A stretch of 64,000 bases of DNA from a virus, in the IMG/VR virus record IMGVR_UViG_3300027909_000021; one strand, written 5' to 3'. Both the position numbers and the translations under genes were made by a program. The notes beneath the pieces are model-generated. The model saw only the letters and a program-made list of their open reading frames with translations. It did no database searches and was not told the origin of the DNA. Shown piece after piece: positions 26,231 to 33,619 of the stretch; position 1 is the first letter of the stretch; each line of letters begins with the position of its first letter.

Positions 26231-26782
26231 CTACGGGACGTGTACGACAGCCTGTGCCAGGTCGGTGGGGACCGACACGTCCGACACGGTGATCGTGTAC
26301 AGGCCGTTGTTCGGATACGTATGGTTCGAGCTGCCAGACTCAGCCGCACCCGCAGTCGTAGTACCGTCGCCCCAGTCGATGTTCACCGTGCCCGCCGAAC
26401 CCACATTCGCGTACGTGAGCGTAGTCGCCAGCGGGTTACCGCCGACGTTGGTGGCGAAGACACTGATCGTCGGCTGGGCTGCCGAGCTGGGACACGTGTT
26501 CACGTTCTGCACGATCGCCGTGCCGTTGGTGACATTGAACGTGATGTTCGTCCCCGCGACATACCCGGACACCAGGTCCGTGCCACCGCGGCGCAGGAAC
26601 AGCGAACCGGCGCCGAACGACTCCTCCGGAACCACCAGAGCGAACCCGGAACCCGGCGACGCGGCGGTGTTGACCCGCAGGTTGCCACGGTTTCCGGCGG
26701 CCATCCAGCAGAGGACCCGCTGAGCAATGGCAGGAAGCTGAGAGTAATTCTCAGCCGTAATTGTCAGGCTTCCCCCGGCCAT
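26231..26782 (-). CDS. PKD/Ig-like domain protein (virion decoration?)
   Basis: NIDWGDGTTTAGAAESGSSNHTYPNNGLYTITVSDV is a classic PKD-repeat signature. Confidence 0.65.
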   Translation of the reverse strand: MAGGSLTITAENYSQLPAIAQRVLCWMAAGNRGNLRVNTAASPGSGFALVVPEESFGAGSLFLRRGGTDLVSGYVAGTNITFNVTNGTAIVQNVNTCPSSAAQPTISVFATNVGGNPLATTLTYANVGSAGTVNIDWGDGTTTAGAAESGSSNHTYPNNGLYTITVSDVSVPTDLAQAVVHVP

Positions 26783-26794
26783 ATGTGGGCCTCC

Positions 26795-27748
26795 TTACGT
26801 GATCGGTGTCGAAGCGGCGGCGTAGGTAACGCCGGACTCATTGGTGGGTTTGTATGTAGGCGCGTACGAAGCCGGGGCCGCATACGTGTGGATCACCGTT
26901 GGGCCGACTGTTACCAGTTCCGGGGGACCCGCGTCGCCCCAAGTGACATACCCGGGAACGATCGGCGACCCGTCGCGAGTTGGCAACGTCAATGTGCCTT
27001 GCAGGGCGCCTGTATCGGCGAACGCCAAGGCTGCCGGGGACAGGTCGGTGCAGTCACACTGGAAGAACGGAGGCGGCAAGGTCGTCAGGATGACTTCCTT
27101 GAACCGGGTTGATGCGTATGAAGCCAGTAGCGGCATGGGCACACCGAGCGTGGCCGCAGCGGCGGACTTCACCACATTGAACGGGCCGACACCCCACGGG
27201 CTGTTACGCACCGCGATGGCCTGGACGACAAAGCTCGCCAGGTCATTCTGATATGTGACATCGCCCATCGTGCCTTCTTTCACCCAGGCGTACAGGGTGT
27301 ATCCGAAGAACTCCGACCCGTCATCGGGGCAGGCCGCTTCGTCGCAGACATCCGCGATCCGGGTCCAGCCTTCCAAGGAGAAGTTCGACAGGTTCGCCGC
27401 ACCATAGTCACGGCCATAGCCGACCTGCTGCGGCGGTGTCGCATCGTTGAGGATGACCGTGTCACCGGTGAGGAACGGGATGACGCCCGGGTTCACGTCG
27501 TTGAACGTCAACGTCAGGTTCAGCCACTTCACCTTTGGTGGCGTGGTGATCGCGGAACAGAACTCACCCTCGCCGTTTTCGAAGAACCACTCCTCGCGGT
27601 CCTTGTATTCGGTGGTCTCTTCGATGCTGACGATGCAGTTGTCGGTGAACACCGAGCATCCGTCGTCCACGCGGATACCGCATCGGTCCAGCCGTACAAG
27701 CCGGACGCCGGTGAGCTTGTACTGGATGAAGCTCTGGTTGACGCTCAC
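26795..27748 (-). CDS. major tail (tube) protein with C-terminal Ig-like extension
   Basis: 317 aa. Its position between the head genes and the connectors, and its composition, fit a tube protein. Assigned mainly by synteny. Confidence 0.55.
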   Translation of the reverse strand: MSVNQSFIQYKLTGVRLVRLDRCGIRVDDGCSVFTDNCIVSIEETTEYKDREEWFFENGEGEFCSAITTPPKVKWLNLTLTFNDVNPGVIPFLTGDTVILNDATPPQQVGYGRDYGAANLSNFSLEGWTRIADVCDEAACPDDGSEFFGYTLYAWVKEGTMGDVTYQNDLASFVVQAIAVRNSPWGVGPFNVVKSAAAATLGVPMPLLASYASTRFKEVILTTLPPPFFQCDCTDLSPAALAFADTGALQGTLTLPTRDGSPIVPGYVTWGDAGPPELVTVGPTVIHTYAAPASYAPTYKPTNESGVTYAAASTPIT

Positions 27749-28011
27749 TCCTCTTCCTCCACTACCGGCTCAACGGCCACCTTGCGGGGACGGCCACCCT
27801 TCTTCTTCGGCGCCGGCTCATCCTTGACTTCCTCGGCAAGCTCCGGGAAAGCCTTGGCATGGACCTCGTCCGGCACGATGAGACTGAACCCGAACAGCCC
27901 ATCGGAGCTGGTGGCTACCACCGAAGCCGGGAGACCCAGCTCCTGCGCGGCTTTCAGCAAGGCCCGGATCGGCTCAGCTGCCTCGTTCTGGGGCACGTGT
28001 ACAACAGCCAT
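27745..28011 (-). CDS. small protein with AT-hook-like KKGGRPRK and acidic tail
   Basis: ATG at 28011 follows GGAGACGTG; internal start of ORF 27745-28071. Confidence 0.55.
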   Translation of the reverse strand: MAVVHVPQNEAAEPIRALLKAAQELGLPASVVATSSDGLFGFSLIVPDEVHAKAFPELAEEVKDEPAPKKKGGRPRKVAVEPVVEEEE

Positions 28012-28019
28012 CACGTCTC

Positions 28020-28880
28020 CTAGCAGCAGGCTTCGATGTTGGCGAGGACGGCGAGGGTCAGGCACTCCCACGTGACGATGTAGGTGCGCTCCGCGAACCG
28101 ATGGATCTGGTTCGTGGTCTTATTGATCGAGTCCGCCCACGGCGTCACGAACGGCTCCGGCTGGGAAAAAACCGTCACCGGGCCGGTCATGTAGATCCAG
28201 CGGTGCGCGGCGTCAGCGGGAGCCACGTCGGTAGGGCCGTAGCCCTGGTAGTTACCGATGGAGATCCGGGTTCCGGTGTTTGTCACCCAGCGGGAACCGT
28301 CACGTTCGGCTAGGTGTCCGTTGGCCAGCTGGCCCATCGCCTTCAGCGGTATGTGCAAGACCCCAGGTAGCCCGTACAGGGCTCCGTAGGCTCCTTCGAG
28401 GGCCTGGACAGCGTTGACCAGGTTGTCGGTTGTCGGGGTTGGCACGGTGACCGTGCCCGCCGCTGTCGACAGTCCAGGCGCCTGGCCCACCAGACCCCGG
28501 GACATGATCGACTCGACGACTCGCTGCTCACCGGCACGTAGTTTCTCGATGACAAAACGCCGGGTGTACTCGTCGGGGCTTTCTCCGTTCGGACCGGCGG
28601 TGATAGCGCCACATTCCATACCCGACAGCACCACAAACGGGTCCCCGATGACCGTGGTGTAGGCCCCCACCAGCGACGCTGCCTTCGACGCCGGTTCGCA
28701 TGCCACCGCATACCCGGTGGGCAAGGCGCAGTACGGCGTCTGGAACTCAATGCCGAACACCGAACCGTGCTCGGACAGGGGCACCATGTTGGCCACCGCG
28801 AAAAGCCCATACGGCGCTAGACCCGCATCCGGCCCGGGGCGGGATACGAAGTCGCGAGCGTTCGCGGACATTACGGGCAT
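28020..28880 (-). CDS. HK97-fold capsid-like protein (286 aa)
   Basis: Length and sequence pattern resemble the Phage_capsid family. Judged by eye only. Confidence 0.45.
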   Translation of the reverse strand: MPVMSANARDFVSRPGPDAGLAPYGLFAVANMVPLSEHGSVFGIEFQTPYCALPTGYAVACEPASKAASLVGAYTTVIGDPFVVLSGMECGAITAGPNGESPDEYTRRFVIEKLRAGEQRVVESIMSRGLVGQAPGLSTAAGTVTVPTPTTDNLVNAVQALEGAYGALYGLPGVLHIPLKAMGQLANGHLAERDGSRWVTNTGTRISIGNYQGYGPTDVAPADAAHRWIYMTGPVTVFSQPEPFVTPWADSINKTTNQIHRFAERTYIVTWECLTLAVLANIEACC

Positions 28881-28883
28881 GTG

Positions 28884-29183
28884 TTAATCCACCCAGACCG
28901 AGATGTCACCAACGGCCGTAGTAGCCACCAGCAGCGTGATGCCGTTGGTGACCCGAATCGGCGACGGCAGCACAAACATCAGCGGCGAATCGTTCGCGGC
29001 GGTAGTCGTCGTCTCCGAAAACAAGATCGTTCCCGTAGACGTGGTCGCGTTGTCGAACAAAGTGACCGTGTGCGCCCCGGCGGCTGCCGGGTTCACGGTG
29101 AAACCAAGCAGCTTCACCCCAGGCACGGCGGTCACCACGACATTCGTCGCGATAGCACCAGCCACACTCTTGACGTTGGCCAT
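28884..29183 (-). CDS. small beta protein, paralog of 29192-29494
   Basis: Shares the pattern MAN...V......G.........FDNATT..G..LF.......N with its neighbour. Confidence 0.6.
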   Translation of the reverse strand: MANVKSVAGAIATNVVVTAVPGVKLLGFTVNPAAAGAHTVTLFDNATTSTGTILFSETTTTAANDSPLMFVLPSPIRVTNGITLLVATTAVGDISVWVD

Positions 29184-29191
29184 CGTGTCTC

Positions 29192-29494
29192 CTAGGCGAG
29201 CTGGACCGCGCCGGCGGCACCGGCGGCGGAAGCGTTGATAGTGACGCCGTTAACGGCTTCCAAGACCACCGGCAGCACGAAAGTCTTCGTCACACCGGCG
29301 GCCATTGTGGACGCGAACAAGACCATCCCCGAGTTCGTGGTCGCGTTGTCGAACACGCGATACGTGGTGACACCCGCGCCACCGGTGAATACGAACCCGG
29401 TGACCGAGACAGGCACCCCCGATACGACGACGTTGCCGTTGGCGCCGGAATACAACTTCGCCCGCACCACGGTCCCGTTGAGCTGATTTGCCAT
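29192..29494 (-). CDS. small beta protein, paralog of 28884-29183
   Basis: Shares the same sequence pattern as 28884-29183. Confidence 0.6.
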   Translation of the reverse strand: MANQLNGTVVRAKLYSGANGNVVVSGVPVSVTGFVFTGGAGVTTYRVFDNATTNSGMVLFASTMAAGVTKTFVLPVVLEAVNGVTINASAAGAAGAVQLA

Positions 29495-29551
29495 GAGAAG
29501 TTCTCCTCAAGGGAAGGAGGGCCCAGGTTTCCCTGGGCCCCCGGGGGCCTG

Positions 29552-31318
29552 TTACGGGTTGGTGCAGTCGATTTCGCGCTGGGCACCGGTGCTACCGGTC
29601 GGGCAGATGTTGATCGAGTAGACCCGGCTCAGCGGGCACATCCGCATCATGGCCCAGCCTGTCTCGGTGAACAGCTGTGTCAGCTGGTTCGTCGCCAGCT
29701 TCGTCGAGTCGTAGATCGCGTTCAGGGTGATCACGTCGTTGACCGCCCGAACCCAGGTACCTGTCGGGTAGACCAGGAACTTGACGCCGGTCGGGAACTG
29801 GAGGATCGGGGTTGCCGAACCAGGCGCCAGCGCCGCACCACCGATGACATCGGTCGGGGCGAAAGCGTCCTGCCAGTCGTAGACCCACTGAACCCGGGCA
29901 CCCCGGTCGGAGAACCAACCGGCAATCATCGAGTCAGACACGCTCTGGCGGGCCAGTGCGTCGCCACCGTTCTGGCGGCCCAGGTCAGCACGGAACTGGG
30001 CCAGGACCCACCACGGGAACACGACTTCCAGCGTCGCCTTACGCTGCATACGCAGGCGGTACTTGATGTCGACGATCGCCATCTCCACCGCGGCCAGCAG
30101 CTGGGTGGTGACCGAACCGTCGGAAGTCCACGGGTCGTTCGCCTGGAGGGTGACCGGAGTCGAACCGGCGACCACAGCTGCGATCTGAAGCGAGTTGATC
30201 TGGTGCGCGGACGCGATCATCGCCGCCTGCGTCCAGGTCCGCACGAACTCCGGGTAGCCGCGGTTCTGGAGGATGTTGCCGGTGATGCACAGGCCGGTGA
30301 CACCGAGACGGTCGTCCACAAACGACGGGCACGGGATCTCGATGCAGGACTTCGTCGTTCCCGAGATGACCTGGGCCTCGCTCAGGTTGAAGAACCCGCT
30401 GCCGCCGCCGAAGACGCCGGTGAAGTCGATGCCCTGGTTGTGGCGGATGCCGCCCCGGCGGGCCTGGACCTCGGGGGTGTCGAACAGGCCGTCGTTGGAA
30501 CCCTGGAAGCAGGTGTCGTACAGGGTTTCCGACGGGGCGCACCAGCCAACGGCGGCGATGTGCGCGTCAGTGCCGTCGTCGCCCGCTTCGATTGCCTTGC
30601 GGGACAGTTCGACAGCGCGGCGCAGGTTGCCGCCCGGCAGCCGGGTTTCGTCTACGACCCGCTGGAGAACGAGGTCGTCCTCGTCCACGCCGAAGACGCT
30701 TAGTTCCTTCGGGTAGTCGCGGGTGATCTGGGCAACCGGGTAGTACACCGGCTCCGACGCGGTGCGCAAAGCGCCGAGGGTGGCGAAGGTGCGGATCTTC
30801 GCCAAGAACGCCTTGGACAGGTCGTCGAGACCCTTCAGTTCCTGGCCTGCGGCGAAGCCTTCGACGTTGCCTGCGGCGTACATCTTGCCGAAGACTTCGG
30901 TGCCCTTCGGAGCGACTTCGCCTTCGATGACCGAACCCTTGGCGACGTCTCCGACGCGGGGGGTGCCGTTGGAGGCGTACTTGCCCTTGCCCTTGTCGTC
31001 GGCCTCGTCGGCCTCGCCGTCATCGCTCGCGTCTTCGCCCTCTTCCTCCTCGGAGGCAGGTGGCTTGGAGGCGAGAGCGGCGTGGCTGGCCATCCGGTTG
31101 GCTGCCGTCGCGCGACCTTTGATCTCGCTGTCGGCGTCCTCGGTGAACTTGTGCAAGCTGTCTAGGCGGTCCAGGTTCTCCGGCGTCTGGAGGGACTTGT
31201 CGGCCTCCATCGACGAATACAGGGCGTTGTGTTCGGCAATGGCGGTTTCCGCCATCTGGGTGAGCGCGGACTCCGTGAAGACACTCAGGTCCTCAGGAAC
31301 AGCGAAGATCGTCGGCAT
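29552..31318 (-). CDS. major capsid protein candidate with N-terminal scaffold-like/acidic region (588 aa)
   Basis: ATG at 31318 follows GGAG. It has a coiled-coil region, then an acidic stretch, then a large C-terminal domain containing GWCAPSE. Confidence 0.6.
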   Translation of the reverse strand: MPTIFAVPEDLSVFTESALTQMAETAIAEHNALYSSMEADKSLQTPENLDRLDSLHKFTEDADSEIKGRATAANRMASHAALASKPPASEEEEGEDASDDGEADEADDKGKGKYASNGTPRVGDVAKGSVIEGEVAPKGTEVFGKMYAAGNVEGFAAGQELKGLDDLSKAFLAKIRTFATLGALRTASEPVYYPVAQITRDYPKELSVFGVDEDDLVLQRVVDETRLPGGNLRRAVELSRKAIEAGDDGTDAHIAAVGWCAPSETLYDTCFQGSNDGLFDTPEVQARRGGIRHNQGIDFTGVFGGGSGFFNLSEAQVISGTTKSCIEIPCPSFVDDRLGVTGLCITGNILQNRGYPEFVRTWTQAAMIASAHQINSLQIAAVVAGSTPVTLQANDPWTSDGSVTTQLLAAVEMAIVDIKYRLRMQRKATLEVVFPWWVLAQFRADLGRQNGGDALARQSVSDSMIAGWFSDRGARVQWVYDWQDAFAPTDVIGGAALAPGSATPILQFPTGVKFLVYPTGTWVRAVNDVITLNAIYDSTKLATNQLTQLFTETGWAMMRMCPLSRVYSINICPTGSTGAQREIDCTNP

Positions 31319-31489
31319 TACAGGCTCCATGGGATGAAGGAAATGTTCACTTCTCCCGTGTGCGGCCCCAGCCCGTCCATGCGGGTGACGCGGCCCCAGC
31401 CTGTCCGTCGCGATCAACAATAAGGGTACTTACGACATGTGTCTAGTTTGTCCGTGACGAATCGGACACCATGGGGTAAGGTCATCCAA

Positions 31490-31717
31490 ATGGAGCAGAG
31501 GCCAGGAACTGTGTCACAGGTCGTCCGCCGGGACCTTCTCACCCCCGGCGAAGTCGCTCGTATCCTGCGCGTCGACCCGAAGACCGTCACCCGATGGGCA
31601 ACCCAGGGACGCATTCAGTCCGTGCGGACCCCTGGCGGGCACCGTCGTTTCTATGCCGCCGAGATCATGGGCATCGCCGAAGGCGGACTGCCGTGGTCAA
31701 AAAGGACCCAGTCGTAA
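31490..31717 (+). CDS. BldC-like MerR/excisionase-family HTH protein
   Basis: LLTPGEVARILRVDPKTVTRWATQGRIQSVRTPGGHRRFYAAEI closely matches the BldC/excisionase HTH pattern as recalled. It is oriented opposite to the surrounding head genes. GTG 31439 is an alternative start. Confidence 0.7.
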   Translation: MEQRPGTVSQVVRRDLLTPGEVARILRVDPKTVTRWATQGRIQSVRTPGGHRRFYAAEIMGIAEGGLPWSKRTQS

Positions 31718-31720
31718 ATA

Positions 31721-31747
31721 GACCCCCGGCGGTCGAGGCCGGGGGTC
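31721..31747. terminator. Bidirectional hairpin GACCCCCGGC/GCCGGGGGTC
   Basis: 10-bp perfect stem with a 7-nt loop, lying between convergent genes. Confidence 0.65.
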
Positions 31748-31771
31748 TGCTCCCATGACGAAATCATCTGT

Positions 31772-31966
31772 TCACGGCGACGGAATGATTTCATCAAGCA
31801 GTTCGTCGAAGTGACCATCGTGTACGGCGGCTGCGAACGCACGCACCTCTGCGGCGGTCACCTTCACCGAGCCCGTGCCGGTGGTCGTCGACAGCGTCAG
31901 TTCGCCGCCGACGGATTCCAGCTCGATGCAGGCGCCGTTGTCGCACCGGAGCGTCGACTTCGTCAC
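31772..31966 (-). CDS. DUF397-like protein
   Basis: C.NGACIE...... then V.AF..AV.DGHFD fits DUF397. Confidence 0.55.
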   Translation of the reverse strand: MTKSTLRCDNGACIELESVGGELTLSTTTGTGSVKVTAAEVRAFAAAVHDGHFDELLDEIIPSP

Positions 31967-31997
31967 AGATCCTCCTCGGGTCCTACTCGTCGCGCGA

Positions 31998-32246
31998 TCA
32001 TACCTTCGAGGTGTAGTTACCCCCGAGTACGACGCCCATGGGGAAATCGTCTTCCGTGCGGGCCCCCTCTACCCGCGCAGCAGGATTGATAAGTCGCCGC
32101 TGGGCGGCAGCAAGTCCCACAACTTCCTCGGTGACACCATTGAAGTAGGTGACCACGTAGACCTGATCTGGATCTGGTTGCCTCGTAGCGTCTTCCAGCG
32201 ACATAGCCGCGTCGCCCCCTGAACTGTCACCGTTTCCACAGCACAT
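31998..32246 (-). CDS. hypothetical protein (82 aa)
   Basis: Track ORF. Confidence 0.55.
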   Translation of the reverse strand: MCCGNGDSSGGDAAMSLEDATRQPDPDQVYVVTYFNGVTEEVVGLAAAQRRLINPAARVEGARTEDDFPMGVVLGGNYTSKV

Positions 32247-32257
32247 ATCTTCTCCTC

Positions 32258-33427
32258 TTACAGCTTTGCGTGGGCCGCGAACCGCTGGGCCACCTGATGA
32301 CGCTGTTCGAGGGACAGCAGCGGACGGCGCTCCAGAAGCGCAGCAGCTACGTCGGGGCAGCCACAGTCTTCTTCGGGGGCAACCTCTTCTACTTCTTCGT
32401 CGCCCGCGAAGTCCTCGTCGCCGTCAAATTCCTGACCGGGACCCAACGCCGCGATGAGACAGGTGATCTCGTCGTCTTCGGATTCGATGATGAAGTCTTC
32501 GTCGATGTTGAACTCGGCGACACCTTCACCGTCGGAGTAGATCAGGTACTGCTCTTCCCCGGAGGCGGTGATGGCGTAGCCGGGACGGTTGACCCCCAAA
32601 GCAGCGACCAGCTCCAGCCCGCCGCCAATACGTCGCCAGTCACCCGACAGCGGGGATCGACGCAGCTTCTGGGCCAGTTCCTCATCGGCTCCGGGTACAA
32701 GAGAACCGGCAACCCACACTCCGTACGCATCTTCACCGGCACGGACGACGGCAGCGGCGGTGCCAGTGTTGTCGTAGTGGGCTTTGACTCGTTCGACGAG
32801 GTTCCAGGTGGTGTCGGCGTGGCCGGTGTCGACGGTGAGGACGCCGGTGTCAAGGACGCCGCCGTCGTTCGTCTTGGTTGATCCCGCATGGAAGTCAGCG
32901 TAGGCCCGCTTGGACCGGGGGACGGTGATGCAGGTATTGGCGAAGGTCAGATGGCACGAGCCGAACAGGGCCAGGTGACCGTAGACGCGCCCGTCGGGGG
33001 TGATGGTGACCTTGGTCGGGCCTTTGAGCTTCGGGTCGGCGAACCACGCCTTCGGTGGGTTCAGCGGGGCAGCACCAGCCACCAGGCTCATCTCCTCGTA
33101 CGATCCGGACAATCTATCGAGAATAGTAGCCATCTTCGCCTTATCGGCGGAAGGGATGTTTCCCGAGTTCAGCCGGGCCTTGGCGTTGTTGACCGCGTTG
33201 CGGAACACGGTGAGTTTGCCGTTGACCGGCATCGCGATGGGGAACTTGTAATTGGTCTTCAGCTGTGGATCACCGCCGACCCACAGGAACCCCCGGGCAT
33301 ACTTGGACATGTTGTCCCCGGCCCAGGCGTCTAGCGCTGCCCGAGCCCGCCCCTCGTCCCAGCTGGCGGTAGATGTGGGTAGCCCACTCCAGCCGGAGGC
33401 GCGTACGCCGAACTCTTCCATCGTCAC
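32258..33427 (-). CDS. capsid maturation protease candidate with acidic C-terminal tail
   Basis: Its position is upstream of the capsid gene. It contains ITPDGRVYGHLALFGSCH and LELVAALGVNRPGYA, which are S78-like. It shares an N-terminal module with the 1353-aa protein. Confidence 0.5.
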   Translation of the reverse strand: MTMEEFGVRASGWSGLPTSTASWDEGRARAALDAWAGDNMSKYARGFLWVGGDPQLKTNYKFPIAMPVNGKLTVFRNAVNNAKARLNSGNIPSADKAKMATILDRLSGSYEEMSLVAGAAPLNPPKAWFADPKLKGPTKVTITPDGRVYGHLALFGSCHLTFANTCITVPRSKRAYADFHAGSTKTNDGGVLDTGVLTVDTGHADTTWNLVERVKAHYDNTGTAAAVVRAGEDAYGVWVAGSLVPGADEELAQKLRRSPLSGDWRRIGGGLELVAALGVNRPGYAITASGEEQYLIYSDGEGVAEFNIDEDFIIESEDDEITCLIAALGPGQEFDGDEDFAGDEEVEEVAPEEDCGCPDVAAALLERRPLLSLEQRHQVAQRFAAHAKL

Positions 33428-33460
33428 CCCCTATGGTCCCCATGGGGCATAATGGGCCTC

Positions 33461-33619
33461 ATGGCAGAAGAGAAACCCCCGAGAAAGATCGTAAGCGAGA
33501 CGTTCGTGGACGAAAAGGGCAACGTCGTCGACAGCGCTGCCAAGGCCGTCCAGATCGAGGTTGTCGAAGAACTTCCCGACGGCCGCCATCTATCCCACAT
33601 CATCGTTAAACATAAGTGA
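33461..33619 (+). CDS. possible small reverse-oriented gene (52 aa)
   Basis: An ATG ORF in an otherwise empty 178-nt gap, with moderate GC3 and a weak SD. Below the track cutoff. Confidence 0.35.
   Translation: MAEEKPPRKIVSETFVDEKGNVVDSAAKAVQIEVVEELPDGRHLSHIIVKHK

Noticed and set aside
31490-31717. Excisionase of an integration module
   Set aside because: No integrase, attP-like core or tRNA-overlapping attachment site is visible in the window. The sequence is closer to the BldC type of stand-alone regulators.
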